From NCBI RefSeq assembly GCF_018350175.1, contig NC_058368.1:39434001-39498000 (forward strand): a stretch of DNA of 64,000 nt, read 5' to 3'. Below, in pieces: positions 10,156 to 23,556 of this stretch. The stretch's first letter is position 1. Each line of letters begins with the position of its first letter. The notes beneath the pieces were generated by a model. That model saw nothing but the letters and a program-made list of their open reading frames with translations. It was not told the origin of the DNA and made no database searches. Position numbers and translations under genes: made by a program. Source of the DNA: Felis catus (lineage: Eukaryota).

Positions 10156-13100
10156 AGAATGAAATCTTGCCATTTGCAAGGACATGGATGGAGCTATGCT
10201 AAGCAAAATGTCAGAGAAAGAAAAATACCATATGATTTCAGTCGTATGTGGAATTTAAGAAACAAAGCAGATGAACACATGGGAAGGAAAAAAGAGAGAG
10301 ACAGGGAAGCAAGCCATAAGAGACTCAACTATAGAGAACAAATGGAGGTTTGATGGAGGTGGGTGGGGATGAGCTAAATGGGTGATGGGTATTAAGGAGG
10401 GCACTTATTGTGATAAGCACTGGATGTTAATATATAAGTGATGAATCACTAAATTCTACACCTGAAATCAATTTTACCATATATTTTAACTAACCAGAAT
10501 TTAAATAAAAACTTGAAAAAAGAAAAAAATGTGTTTGCAAGTGTATGTGTGGAAAAAGAAAAAAAGAACGAAATATTGAGGCAGGGCCCTCAAGAAGCCA
10601 GTAGAAATTGTTAGGAGTAAGACTGAAAGGAACACACTGTTAGTATTGTAATGTTTATTAATAACTTGTTAACAATGTATTCATTAAGTTATATATTCCT
10701 TAAGTTATAGTCATTCATGCTACTGATGGAAATGTAGACTTATTTATTCTAATACAAAATTGAATTAATTGAGTTTCCTAAAATATGACTGGCATTATAA
10801 TTTAAGAATATGAAATACACATTTTTATTGATGTTTAACCCATAAAAATGACATTACCAAAGTCACAAAGGCTGTAAGTGTTCTCATATATTTCTTAAGT
10901 CTGGCTGATAACACTGATCACACTCTAGACTTTGCCTTTTTGTGGTTATGGGGTAGGGAGGAGGAGAAGAATAAGGGAGTAATTTAATAACTATGCACCC
11001 TTTGTCAAAATCGAGTAGCTCATCTTGTTATGGAAAGGATCATTAATATAATTATTAACAATTTTAAGAGACCTTTCCAAAAGTATTCCTTTCAATTGAT
11101 GAGCTGTTGTGGTGGTATAATAAAGATTAAAAAGTCACAAACTGAAGATGAAAACTTTTTACCACTTGAATAAAATGACAAAGATTCAAGAGGCTTTTAA
11201 CCTCCTACGTGTCCCTGGTACAGTTTAGGTTCTGTCTTTAATATTTTCTTAGTTATCTCTATCTCAGCATTCTCTTGGGTAGAAAAATTAAGGAGACAAA
11301 AGTTCTTTAAAAAACAGTTGTGCTTACTTGTTCTAAGCATAAGAAATAGATAGGCATACTAGCGATTCCACTGAGCAAAAACTATAACCCATTAATCCCC
11401 TGAAATGTCTCATACCCGATACTACTCCCTCATTTGTTATGTTGAAATAAGTGTATAGAATAGGTATAATAAATTTAGGAAAGCAATATTTATCTATAGG
11501 AACTAACCAGAGACCCACTAATAGCCTTTCAGTGATGAATGGAATCCCAGTTTTTCTCAAGTTAAATTGAAGAGCATATCATCATTTTCTTGTGTAATGT
11601 CATTGCCATGAAAATGCATCCAGACCCTCTCAGGGAACTCTTTCAGCGTGGTGCTGACTGACTACTTTAGGCAGCCTCCTGTTCATTTGGAGAGTAGATT
11701 TATTAGTTAGAAATTCATTAAAAAAAACTAAGGAGAAGAGTCTCCTTATTGATTATGCCTTCTCTTCTTACTTTTGTCTCTGATGAAATATAGATTAAGT
11801 GGATTCCATTATCCCAATGACAGTTTCCCAAAAATTTGAAAAGAGTTATTTGGCCCATTTTAAATATTCAATGTTAACTGTACCCAGTTCTTTCAATCAA
11901 TTTTTTTGTGTGTGTGAAATAAATTTTTAAGAGCGCTTAATATACTGCCTGCATTCCACAGAAAGAATTCTAGTTTATCAATATTCACTTCGAATGTAGT
12001 GTACAAAATGAATAATCTTATTTCTACTAACTTCAGAGTCATCACAGAGCATACTAGGGATGTTTCAAATTTTATCCCTTAGTGCATCTATATTTCAACT
12101 ATTAGATGCTATTATTGTGTTGGATATTTAGCAAAATTATTCTCTAGAAATTTTTAATAAAGAATTTATATTTAATTTAAAATTTAAAACTTTTATTCCA
12201 CACTAATATATTGTTTAACCTTCTATTTTATATGATTTCATCCAAAAGTCTTAAAACTTTTTAAAAAAGGATTGACATTTATCTCCAGTGATAGGTATTT
12301 TCTGTCCCTGACCCTGAATGCATTGGGAATATGAACACTATGTGATAATGGTAGGGTTGATTTGTTTTGGTTTTTCATTGTGGTAATGTTGGATATTGTG
12401 TTTGATGTTCTCTCTTATGCTACATGCAGAGCTCCGAGTTAGTGGTGCCACACTTATCTATGTAGTCCCAGATATTTATCCCCTAAAATATTGTTTAGTG
12501 AATAAATGAAGGGATATGTAAACAAATGAATAAAATTATATGGCAAACTATGCACCAAACTCTATTAATCATTTATAAATAAGCTTTAACTTGATTCATT
12601 TTCTATTTGAATTAAGCATTACTTTTCTTATTGTACACATGAATTGAATATGATGTTTATTAAGTAGTTTGGCTAATACTTTAGTTGTCCAGTAGCACAT
12701 TCATTTAAGCATAAATACATATTTAATGATATTGACTCAAACAATATGTTAAAACTGATACTTCGGTTAAAACTGTCAGTAAATCCATGATAGGGAAGTG
12801 GGACAATAAAGAAATGGAAATGGAAGCAGGTATAATAAGACCATATGTCTCATGTACTGTATATCCTTTCTTCTATTTCTCTTTGTCAAAAAAAAAATCA
12901 ATACCAGAAAGTTTAAATTTAACATTCAGAATAATTTGTTCCTCATGAACCATGCTAAATGTCTAGACAATGGTGAAGTCAGAACAGCCAATATCAATTT
13001 TCAGGAGACAATTTCATATTCTTTCATTATAAATAGAACTGAAAGTATCTGTTAATGCAGCTGTTACCTTGCAAGAGGTTTTTTAAGGTTGGCAAACTTT

Positions 13101-13607
13101 TTTTTTTATGTTTTAGAGTGCTAAACTGTATTTTGGCGTTAATGAAACTTAGAGTGAAAAAGAGAGTAAGCCTTAATTTAAAATTCATTTAATTTGTATC
13201 ACTTATATATTTTAATGATCTTTTAAATATTCTTATATTTTCTAATAGTTTAAATTACTTTTAGTAATGTTATTTTAATCAAATTAAGTCTTTGATAGCC
13301 TTGTTGAGCAAAAGAATTAGAGTTCTAATAGTAGTGAAACTACACCCAAGGAAACATGGTATAAACTCTCCAAATCTATTTGTGTTTTTAGTCAAGATTT
13401 TATGCAAGTTGTTTCCATAAGTATTTGTTAAATATAGTAAATCAATGAAATACAGGGGCTTATTATTTGAGTTTTAATCATTAATGTATAAACCTAAAAT
13501 TATATTTCACATTGAATTTGTAATTTTACTGAGACTCAAATTTCATTTGCTCATGTGTGGAAAATCAGTTAACTGGAAATTGAGTCTTACAAACTATGTA
13601 TACATTT

Positions 13608-13997
13608 TGTATTGTTGCCATAATAGATTTCTACACGCTTAGTGATATAAAACAAGCCAGACTTATCACTGAATAGCTTTGTAGGTTGGAATCCCCCACA
13701 AGTCTCACTGGACTAAAATCAAGGTATTGTACAGATGCATTTCTTCAGGAGTCTCTACCAGGGATTTCCTTGCCTTTTCCAGCTTCGAAAGGCTTCCCTC
13801 ATTCCTTCGTTCATGACCTCTTTCCTCCAACAAGGTAGATTCTTAAAGTCCTTAACCTTAAACTCATCTGTCATTTGTTGCTGTGTTTGGTTTGGTTTGG
13901 TATGTTTTGTTTTTGCCATGTTAAGTAACATATTTAAAAATTCCTGGGATTAAGGCATGGATATCTTTGGAAGGTTTGTTATTCTTTCTACCTCACA
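13608..13997 (-). mobile_element. MaLR LTR (MLT1-like)
   Basis: gtctcactggactaaaatcaagg, ttgccttttccagcttc, gggattaaggcatggatatctttgg...ctacctcaca. Confidence 0.75.
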
Positions 13998-14669
13998 TAA
14001 AATCCATTAGAGTTTCTTCTTCTTCTTTTTTTTGTATTATGATTTTAGAGCAAAAAAGTGTGTACTTTATTAAAACTTATCTACTTTATTTTAATAAATA
14101 TATTTTCTTAAAATTTACATTAAGTGAATGGTACAACCTTAAAGTTATGTGAGAAAATGCCTAGAGAGTAGATATAGAAAAAAATGAACATAAAGGAACT
14201 TCTACGTATTTGGGGATTTTCAATCACTTCGGTTTAAACCTCTTCAGGCTATAACGAAGGAGTTATAATTGAAAGAAAAGAAAGCAATAAAAGATAAAAA
14301 ATAATACTTTGAGAACCTGCTATAAAGTAAACATTAAATTGGAGACTGTATAATTCAGAGGACATAAATATTGATTTATTCCTTCATCTAGACAATATTA
14401 TCTTTGATTTTTTGATGTTGATGCCATGTGTCCATCAATGCAAGTTTCTAGGGATGCATGTTAAGTAAGTCAAATTTTCTATTTTGGAAACCTCCATAAT
14501 ATTGGGATGTACAGAAAAGTTAATACATATTTGCCAAATTATCTAATAAGTGTTATAACCTAAATATGCATAATTTGCTATTTGAAAAATGAGTACAAAT
14601 AGTTATTATCCTTGGGTAGCAGAGAGGATAGAAATTAGAGCTACTGTTCAAGGCTATTTGCTGTTGTCA

Positions 14670-14995
14670 GAAGCTTATAAGCTTCTTATGAGAAAGGAAT
14701 AGATCTTGTTAAGATTTGTGTCTTCATGGCCTATCACGGTGCTAAACACACAGTAGATATTCAACATTTGTTTATTATTAAAGGAGATTATGGTTCAGGT
14801 TGTAGAGAAGAAACTAACATTAGTTAATTATTTTCCAAGTGTTGACACATATCACATATTGTTGAATCAGTGACCATATATAGAAAAGAAGGGGACACCC
14901 ATTTATTTTAAGGAAGATTTGGAAGCTCAGAAATTTAGTGACTTTCACCGCTCCTAAAGGTTCATCTAGTAATTAAGAGGTAGAGTCAGAAGTTT
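14670..14995. mobile_element. L2 3' tail (+) and MIR fragment (-)
   Basis: gtgctaaacacacagtagatattcaacatttgtt (L2 end); cccatttatttt...ggaagctcagaaatttagtgacttt (MIR core antisense). Confidence 0.5.
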
Positions 14996-15069
14996 TGTAA
15001 TTGTTTGGCAAATTAAATTACATCTCATCCCCAAAATTATGTTATGCCCGTTTTATTAAAGTATAAAAT

Positions 15070-15200
15070 TTTCTTTCTATAAGTAGGCTTCACACCCAGT
15101 GCAGACCCTAGTGCTGGGTTTGAACTCATAACTCTGAGATCAAGACCTGAACAGAGATCAACAGTCAGACACTTAACCAACTGAGCCACCCTGGCACCCC
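15070..15200 (-). mobile_element. Can-SINE, older short form
   Basis: ...gagatcaagacctgaacagagatcaacagtcagacacttaaccaactgagccaccctggcacccc. Confidence 0.88.
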
Positions 15201-15225
15201 TAGAATATCATAATTTGGTGGTGGT

Positions 15226-15440
15226 GGGGTCACCTGGGTGGCTCAGTCAATAAAGCATCCAACTCTTGATTTCAGTTCAGGTCATGATCTCATGATCACG
15301 AGATCAAGCCCAGCATCGGCTCCACACTGATCGCAGAGCCTGCCTGAGATTCTCTCGCTCCTTCTCCCTGTACCCCTCCCCCGTTCATGCTCTCTCTTTT
15401 TCTCTAACTAAATAAATTTTTAAAAAACTTTAAAAAATAA
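15226..15440 (+). mobile_element. Can-SINE
   Basis: ggggtcacctgggtggctcagtc head, CT stretch, A-rich tail. Confidence 0.92.
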
Positions 15441-18400
15441 TATTTTTAAAACATGTATTCCTTTATGGTAACTTAAAATGTTGAACTTTCTCAGAATTAC
15501 ATACATTTCTTCTCTTCATGGGAAGAACCCCTCTCTGGTCAAAAATCAATTCCAAGTTTAAAATTGGTGCTTGATATTCAGCTTCTTATCACCAACTGAG
15601 AGAAATTTGTTAACCATTGCTCCCTTCAGTTTGCATGAAACAAATATTTTTATTTAAAAACTATGTAATTAAATTCCTATCAAAATCCCTGAAGATTTTG
15701 ATTTGCCTTTCCTTGGAGTACACTTTCTTATAATTGATAAATTCTGAGGCACACCTATATACATACTTCAGTGAATCACCGAAAATCATTTTTGTGGCGT
15801 TTAGTCACAAAATAAATTATGAACAATTATCTAGGATAAATAATAACAATAAGAAGAAAAGTGTGAAAAATTCCAGATTTGTGAGAAATAGCATATTTTG
15901 AGAACTGGATATTAATGAACTTCAGGGAATAGAAGAAATAAGGGAATGATGCCAATTGATAAATACTTAATTGGTTTCTACCAATAAATGCCAAGCAATT
16001 ATCTGAGGACCAGAGATCTGGTCAGGTAATAAAGAGACTATGTACAACCTGCATATGTATATGTATAAATGTATAGGTGTTCATATAAAGATATCAATTT
16101 GCACTCAAGCAAGTTAAAATCCATTTCAGAGTTAATTAGAAATTTATTTTGGAAGAATGCTTTTTGGAACAAAACACTAAAGAGTTGAGCAAAATAAATG
16201 TGATTCAGAGAAGGCTCCATGGAATCTAAGTTTAGAGCTTGACTTTTTGTTGTCATGATGATAAACTGCCCAAGAAATTGGAAGATCATTACAGTCAAGA
16301 ACAGTTGTATGACATAAGGTATAAAAGTAATGTAAAAATTATATAGCAGGGGCAGTGAGATAACTGGCCTAGTTAATTGTGTTGCAAGGTATAATGAATT
16401 TAGAAATATATTTTATGTGACACAAAGGTATTTCCTTACTTGTCTATGTAATTTTTAAAGCTAAACATATTCTAGTATTTTTAGTAAAAACAACTAAATA
16501 ATTAATTCTGGTATGAAGCTATATCACGGTAAGTATGAGAATGCTCAGTAATTATGTTTCTCTTCACAGAGACCTGTATGCCACATAATATCAACCTTCA
16601 TTGCAGGGTCTATAAAGCCAGAGTAACAGCTTGGCAATATAAATTTTCTAAAATATAAATTTATAGATTATACCACGCACACATACATGCTTGCCTATAT
16701 GATATATTTCAACATAGATATTTTAAGGAGATTATTATATTAAAAAGATAAAAAATTCTGCAGTAGCATAGATAAGAACATTATACTTTCAATAATTCTC
16801 TATATATCTGCTTCTCTATTTCAATTCTCACTCTGATTCTAATGCCTAACGCCCTAGGTGCTCTCTGCTTTAGCTTTTATTACGTTAGTCATGCCTCAAT
16901 CAATTTGATGTTATGAAATTAACATTCAGAATGCTGAGTTTTCTGAAAGCATTCTTTTTGATGTGAATAATTTCTGTTTCTCTATGATTCAGAATTATCG
17001 TCTTTGTTATAAAATTTTATAATCTAATTTTCTATAATTGTGTGATTAATGCTTTCCTTTGGAGGAAAATCATTGATTTCTATATTAAAAAAATTGCTTC
17101 AACAGTTAGATATATTTTACCCAGCTGCATTATGATTATTTCAGGTTTATAAAATAAAAACCGTGACTTTTTACTTTTAATTGATTTCAAATAGCAAAAG
17201 TATCGTTTTAAATTTTAGGGAAAATAATATACAGTGCATTTCTTTCTGTGTTTGGGTATAGAATTAATTCTTTTCTCTTTGCTGTTAAAGTTATTTCTAC
17301 GTTTACATAATAATCTTAAAGTTTAAATGTTTTTCCTCAAGATGAAAATATTCGGCAATTCTATTGTAAAACCGTTTAGGTCTTATTGTCTTTTAGGTTT
17401 CTGATAGAAATATATTGTTATTATTTTTGAATCTTGGTAGAGGAATAGAATCTTTTTTTTTAAACTCATTTTCATTTTTGGTTGATGAATTTGTAATCAT
17501 GTACCAATATTAGAATGAACTTTAACTGATTCTCTTACCTTAGTTTAAGGAACTATGGAAAATAACTGTTTGCAACCCTTTGTATTACAGTTAGGAGAGA
17601 GACAGCTTATCATTCATTCTGTTTTGGAAGCATAATAACTCTTCAAGCTAAGTGATATAGTGGGTAAAACTACACTTAGGTTTCAAGATCACTGTACCAC
17701 AGACTCGCTATGTGACTATGTGCCTGTGTTTCTTAAATGATATGATAAATGAGATGTACATGGAACTTAATAAGTAATACATGAATATAATTTTCATTTT
17801 CCATAAAAATATAAATAAATTAGAGGGGCTGTTTCCTCACTAGCTAATATTATAGGAAGTGAATAAAATTTTACAAATTTGATGTAATGCTTACTACATA
17901 TCAGACAATGTGCTGAGATTTTCACATTTTGTTAAAAGGTAGAGAATTCCAAGTCTACCCTTAATTCACTAAAATATCCTGAGTGTGATGCCTTTGCAAA
18001 AGGTCTGTTCCTAAATAGCACTGCACACACTCATAGGTTTTTCAGTAAGGCTGTTTTGTTTTGTTCTGTTTTGTTTTATTTAAATCTGCCATTGGCAAGT
18101 TTATGGAAAAAAAAACTATATATACACACATATAATTAAATGTGTGCAATTTTAAGAACTGGGATTTATTTTAGTGCTAGTTGTTCTTATAATACTGGGA
18201 TAATAACATGTTCAGTTACTGATACTGAATGGTATATTGTTATTGTTATTTTTTAATGTTTTCACGTAGGAAAATAAAAAGTTGATAGAATTAAATATAT
18301 TTAGTCCTCTTCTGTTTTCATTCATTCCTTTCTTCCTTATTTTCTTCTTTTACTCTTTCATTATTACATTTATTCATTTAGAATGAGTAACTGTTCTACA

Positions 18401-18465
18401 TGTTGTGGATAAAGCAGTGAACAACAACATAATAGTTTTCATGAAACTAACACTCTAATAGATGA

Positions 18466-18897
18466 GTAGTTCAGGTAATTCTGGCTGCTGTAACAGCTAA
18501 ATCTAAAATACTCAATGGGTTATACAGCTTAAGGTTTGTTTCTTATTTATGTCACTGAACATTGAGTGTATTCCTGGTTGGGGCCTTCCATGTGGTTAAA
18601 TCAAGCAAACAGTTTTCTTTCATCCAGAGGCATCCCTCAAAGTCATGGGTTAGTTTCCATTCATCTGACCAATGGGGAAAGAGAACATCGAGAAAGCACA
18701 GCATCCTCTTAACTACTTCAGATTGAAAGAGACAAATCATTTTTGCTCTTGTTCCATCATTGAGAACATGGCTCACGTTCCCAACATGGGGAGCAAGACA
18801 TGGGAAGAGGACTCCTGACTTTACAACTGATTCCAAGCAAAATTAAACCCTGTGAAGACAGCAAGATGCGTATGATCAACTAACTGTCATTGCCACT
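18466..18897 (-). mobile_element. Old MaLR LTR (MLT1J/K-like)
   Basis: ctggctgctgtaaca...aatgggttatacagc...tttgtttctt start; ...caactaactgtcattgccac end. Confidence 0.55.
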
Positions 18898-19417
18898 GTT
18901 CACCATGGTGATAAGCAAATCTGTCTTCTACTTTTCTTCTGAAACACAGAATGTCTTGTACTTTCTCCAAAGAATACAACACAAATTGCCTCTAATAACT
19001 GCATCTGATTTAAGGTCCAAGTAGTGAGAAGTCATCTTCATAAGATCTGGATGTGGTTCTTCTTGAACCGGCAAAGTGTGAGCTAGAATAGACACATGTC
19101 TGCAGCTCCAAAATTCCAAATATACAGGAGTGGAGCTGAGACAAGGTAAAACTGTAATTAAAACAAAACAAATAACACATTTGAGAAAAGCAAAGAACTA
19201 GGACCACGTAGCACTTATTCACAGGGATGATGAAATCTGACTTGCAAAGGATGACAGCCTTACCTTTTAGAATAGATATTATTTCTTATTTTTGGTAGAA
19301 ATTCTTTAATCCATTTTTCTCTGTGAGTCCTTGCTCTGGATGGCAAGGGGAGCAGTTCTTCATTTTGCATTATCCTCTTTTGTAACATCTAAAGCTGTAG
19401 CAAGAAAGGGTGCCTTC

Positions 19418-19669
19418 CAAACCAAGAAACAGACTCTTAATTACAGAGAACAATGTGATGGTTACCAGAGGGGAGGAAGTGGGGGATGGGTTAAATGGAT
19501 GAAGGGGATTAGGGAGTGTACTTGTTGTGATGAGCACCTGGTGTTCTATGGAAGTGTTGAATCACTGATTTGTACACTTGAAACTAGTATAACACTATAT
19601 GTGAACTAACTGGAACTGAAATAAAAACTTTAAAAATAAAAAATAAAACACTTATATTTTAATGAAGTA
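19418..19669 (+). mobile_element. 5'-truncated carnivore L1 (3'UTR only) with TSD
   Basis: aacagactcttaattacagagaaca...gatggttaccagagggg...gaatcactgatttgtacacttgaaact; TSD aagaaagggtgccttc / aataaagtgtgccttc. Confidence 0.88.
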
Positions 19670-20350
19670 AATAAAGTGTGCCTTCATGAGGTGCTGCAAA
19701 CTTTTTCAGCGTCTGGCCTTAGCAAGTTCCATGCCTGAGAATTGTTTTAATGCTCAAAAGTCAAAGGGTTCAGTGAGTGTGTGTTGAACCTTGAATGTTA
19801 TGTCAGAAACTTTGTTTCATTTCATGTCAAAAACTAAGCCAATGATATAGCTAAACTTTAAGGAACACATTTCATTATTATTCATTATAATTGAGGTAAT
19901 TCTAGATGTTGTAAAATATAGATTCTAAATCCTCAGCAATTTAACACAGTCAATCTTTATTTTGTTTTTATGTCACAGTCTACCAAGAATCCTCCTGGTT
20001 GAGGGGTCTTCGCTTGGCTATTTTTGGAAAATGATCTTCCATATTGTGGCTCAGTCCTCTTCTTGGTCTTCAGAGTCCTCTCCCCTAAGTAACAGGTAAA
20101 AAAAACAAAACCAAAAAAACAAAAAAACACACCTCTCAGGACAGCACACGTGCTTGTTAATTCCGAAGACACACAAATATCATGTATGCTTAAATTTCAT
20201 TTGCTACAAATAATCATCTAGATATAATAGGTGTTTGGGAATATAATCACAAATTAGCACCATCTTTCAATCACCAATCTTATTAATGAGAGGAGTCTGA
20301 GTCTGATCAGTTAGTTGCTTTTAACATTGAATAAAGACATGAAAATTTAC

Positions 20351-20456
20351 GGGATGCCTGTTTCTCTCAGTTGGTAGAGCATACAACTCTCGATCTCAGG
20401 TCATGAATTCTAGCCCCACGTTGGGCATAGATCTTACTTAAAATAAATTTTAAAAA
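20351..20456 (+). mobile_element. Old short Can-SINE (tRNA-like head only)
   Basis: ctcagttggtagagcatacaactctcgatctcagg...agccccacgttgggcatagatcttacttaaaataaa. Confidence 0.85.
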
Positions 20457-20469
20457 TATTAATAAGGAT

Positions 20470-22037
20470 TACATAAGTATGTCAAAATATGAGACATCCT
20501 ACGAAGCAAAACAGAGTTGGTTAAATGGATAATAAGTGATAATGAGAAAGGGGGCTGTTATTTTATCGCAGAGGGTAAGGGATCCACTGAGGTACTTCGG
20601 GAAATGCCTTCCAGACAGATATAACAGCACAAAGACCTTTAGGCAAGTCAGGCTTAGAATTTTGGAGGAGAAATTTAAAAAAAGGATAGTGTAGTAAAAA
20701 CAGTGAGGTGAGTATGGAAGGGGGTTGATCAGATATGTAGCTAGGTCTGGATCGTGTAGCACCTTGTAGACCAGGTAAAAACATTTAATAATTTGCTCTG
20801 AGTGAAGTGGAAAGTTATAAGATGATTTTAAGCAGAAAAGTAATATGATCTTACAAAAAAGTTGGAAAAATGATATTCTAAGAATATACATGATATTCCA
20901 AGAACCATATATATATATGGTATATATATATGTATATCCTTCACTCAGTTCCCCTAATTTTACATTTTAAATAATTATAGGACACTTATCAAACTAAGAA
21001 ATTAACACTGTTACAGTATTATTAACTATTCACAGATATTATTCAGATTTTACCAATTGCTCCAATAATGTACTTTTTCTGATCTAGAGTTTAACTCAGG
21101 ACTTCACATTGCTCATAGCTGTCACATTTCCTTAGTCCCCTTCAGTGTGGGACAGTTCCTCAGTTTTGTTTGTCTTTCACAGCCTTGACACATTTGAAAA
21201 GTACTGGCTGATTATTTCATAGACCATCCCCTGATATGGATCTACATGACGTGTCCTTAGACTAGAATGAATTGTGTAATTTTGGCAGTAATGTAAAGAA
21301 ATGATGCTTTGCTCTTCTCACAGTATCATATCAGGAAGTACATAATGTTCATACTACCTATCACTTTTTACTGGTAATATTAAATTTTGTTCAGATGGTA
21401 CCTCTCAAGATTCTCTGCTATAAATTACTGTATTCCATTAGTAATTAATCACTATCTTGTGGGGAGATATTTTGAGACTATGAAAGTATTCTGTTCATCT
21501 TTATACATTTTACCCACCTAATTTAACATCCATCAATTATTCTTGCCTTCCAACATTTATAACTGGTATTTGCCAAATTGTGATTGTCTATGTCCATCAT
21601 TTTTCCACATTCATTAATTTGAATTCTACTCTAAGGAAGAATGCTTCTTTCTTATTCATTAATTCATTTGCTTCATTATTGGTATCGGTATTTAGTCATG
21701 GATATTTACTTTATTCTATGCATTATAATCCTATAACAGTGTTGTTTATTTTTTTGTTCAAAAAACTCTTATTTGGTCATTGATAGATCCTTCCTAGTGA
21801 TTCCTGTAATTTTTTGATATGCTTCTATCATTTATAAAGAAATTTCTTATTTTCTGGTATGCCAAGATGTTCCAGGCTTATCTGGGACTTTCCCAGCCAC
21901 AGTCCTGGAATTTTGTTCATTTTATTGGGAAATGGTATTTACAAACCAATATTTAAATGCTAGATGTTCTCATTAATTGCAGGATGCCATTTTTTGTAAG
22001 GCCCCTTAATGGACAGAGGTAGAAAATAGATATACAA

Positions 22038-22075
<38 letters not shown>

Positions 22076-22430
22076 ACATGCACAAAACTGCCTCCATTTC
22101 TGTATATATTTAAGAAAAGAAAGACTAGTATAACTGATGTGTTGCCTGTGGACACAAGAGTGAAGTGAAATGAGGTTAAAATAAACAAGGAGCTAGGTAA
22201 TGTGTGGTCTAATACACCATGACAATTCTAGATTTTACTGTAACAGTAATGGGAAGCCATTGAAGGGGGTAAAGCAAGTGCAACATGGGATTCATGATAA
22301 CAAAAGATGATCTGCCTGTGAAAAGAGGATTGGAGTTTGGATCTACTGGGATGTGAGATTTAAAATAAGTAAAGGGCAAAAAAGAATAAGTGATATTAAA
22401 AAATAGTAGGAATAGGATGTAGAGGAACTG
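20470..22430 (-). mobile_element. L2 fragment interrupted by an old L1M (L1MC-like) 3' segment at ~20935-22140
   Basis: L2-like ccttgtagaccaggtaaaa...tgctctgagtgaagtggaaag and gtaatgggaagccattgaaggg flank L1MC-like aaactaagaaattaacactg...attcagattttaccaattg; (CA)n at 22040-22072. Confidence 0.6.
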
Positions 22431-23270
22431 AGGCACCATTATCTCTCTCTAAAAATTTGCATCAATATTATGGTCAGAATTCATAAGCTTTTCTTCTCAT
22501 GGCAAGAAGGGAAGTAAAAGCAACTTTAGCACAGAGAAGAGATAATGCAGAAATAAATGCCTACAGAGGTTTTTATCATTTTGAGTAAAAGGTTCATGAC
22601 TGAACTCGTGTCGGAAAAATAGTTCCAATGTCTCATTTTATAGCAATGTAAAATGATTATGTGGAGTAAAGCCTAGCTCAGGAAAGATAGAAGTCTTTTC
22701 ATCCAATCTCTCTCACACACACACATATACACACATGCACTCAAGCACACACACATGCGCTCATGCAGCCTGAGACACAGCCTATGAATAATGATTTTTG
22801 TTGTCTCAGCTGAGTCCTCTATCTGAGTCTTAGGAAATGAAAAAGATAGAAAGGCAACAATGCACAGACCTCAAAATACTGCTTGAGGTCTAATGGATAG
22901 TCTCAAAAAAGTAGATGTGGAAAAAGTAAAATACATCCATATTTGGCAAATGGAATGAATTTGCTAAATATATGGGAGACATAAATAAACCACATAGTTA
23001 TTTTGCAAAAATGCAAAAACAAAGGAAAGAATTTCAAAAGAAAAGTTCAAGTGAAAAAGAAAGAAGTCATTCACGGAAAATATCCTCCAGGAAATACCAT
23101 TTTTTCACAACAAACACATAGTTTCCCAGTTGAAAAGGGAAGAGGGGAAGCGAGGTTGTTAAAGAAAAGAGAAAAAAAATCAGATGAACAATTATAAATG
23201 ACATAATGAGACATAGTGCAACATTGATAAGCTTGATAAATATAAGGAGAAAAATATATTTAAAGATGTA

Positions 23271-23478
23271 GGGCACTTGGGTGGCTCAGTTGATTAAGCA
23301 TCTGACTTCGGTTCAGGTCATGATCTCATGGTTTGTGAGTTCAAGCCCTGCATCAGGCTCTGTGTTGACAGGTCAGAGCCTGGAGCCTGCTTCAGATTCT
23401 GTGTCTTCCTCTCTCTGTCCCTTCCCCACCCTCACTCTGTCTCTCTGTCTTTCAAAAATAAATAAACATTAAAAAAAT
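23271..23478 (+). mobile_element. Can-SINE
   Basis: gggcacttgggtggctcagttgattaagc head; aaaaataaataaacattaaaaaaa tail. Confidence 0.95.
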
Positions 23479-23556
23479 CAAAAGGTAATGTTATAACAAG
23501 AAGACATACATACACACTTCATACCTAATTTGTATTTGTTTTATATTTTGTTTTTA

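Larger units (their letters stand above)
5655..10529 (+). mobile_element. Carnivore LINE-1, inactive: 5'UTR, ORF1, ORF2 endonuclease, internal deletion, 3' end and A-tail; four nested SINEs
   Basis: GC-richer 5'UTR ~5655-6850; ORF1/ORF2 peptide remnants; L1 3' end (gaatgaaatcttgccatttgcaa...aataaaaacttgaaaaaagaaaaaaa) at 10156-10529; 5' boundary approximate. Confidence 0.92.

Noticed and set aside
20351..20456. tRNA-like sequences (also 53637, 62267 and all SINE heads)
   Set aside because: tRNA-derived Can-SINE heads with A-tails; no intact cloverleaf.
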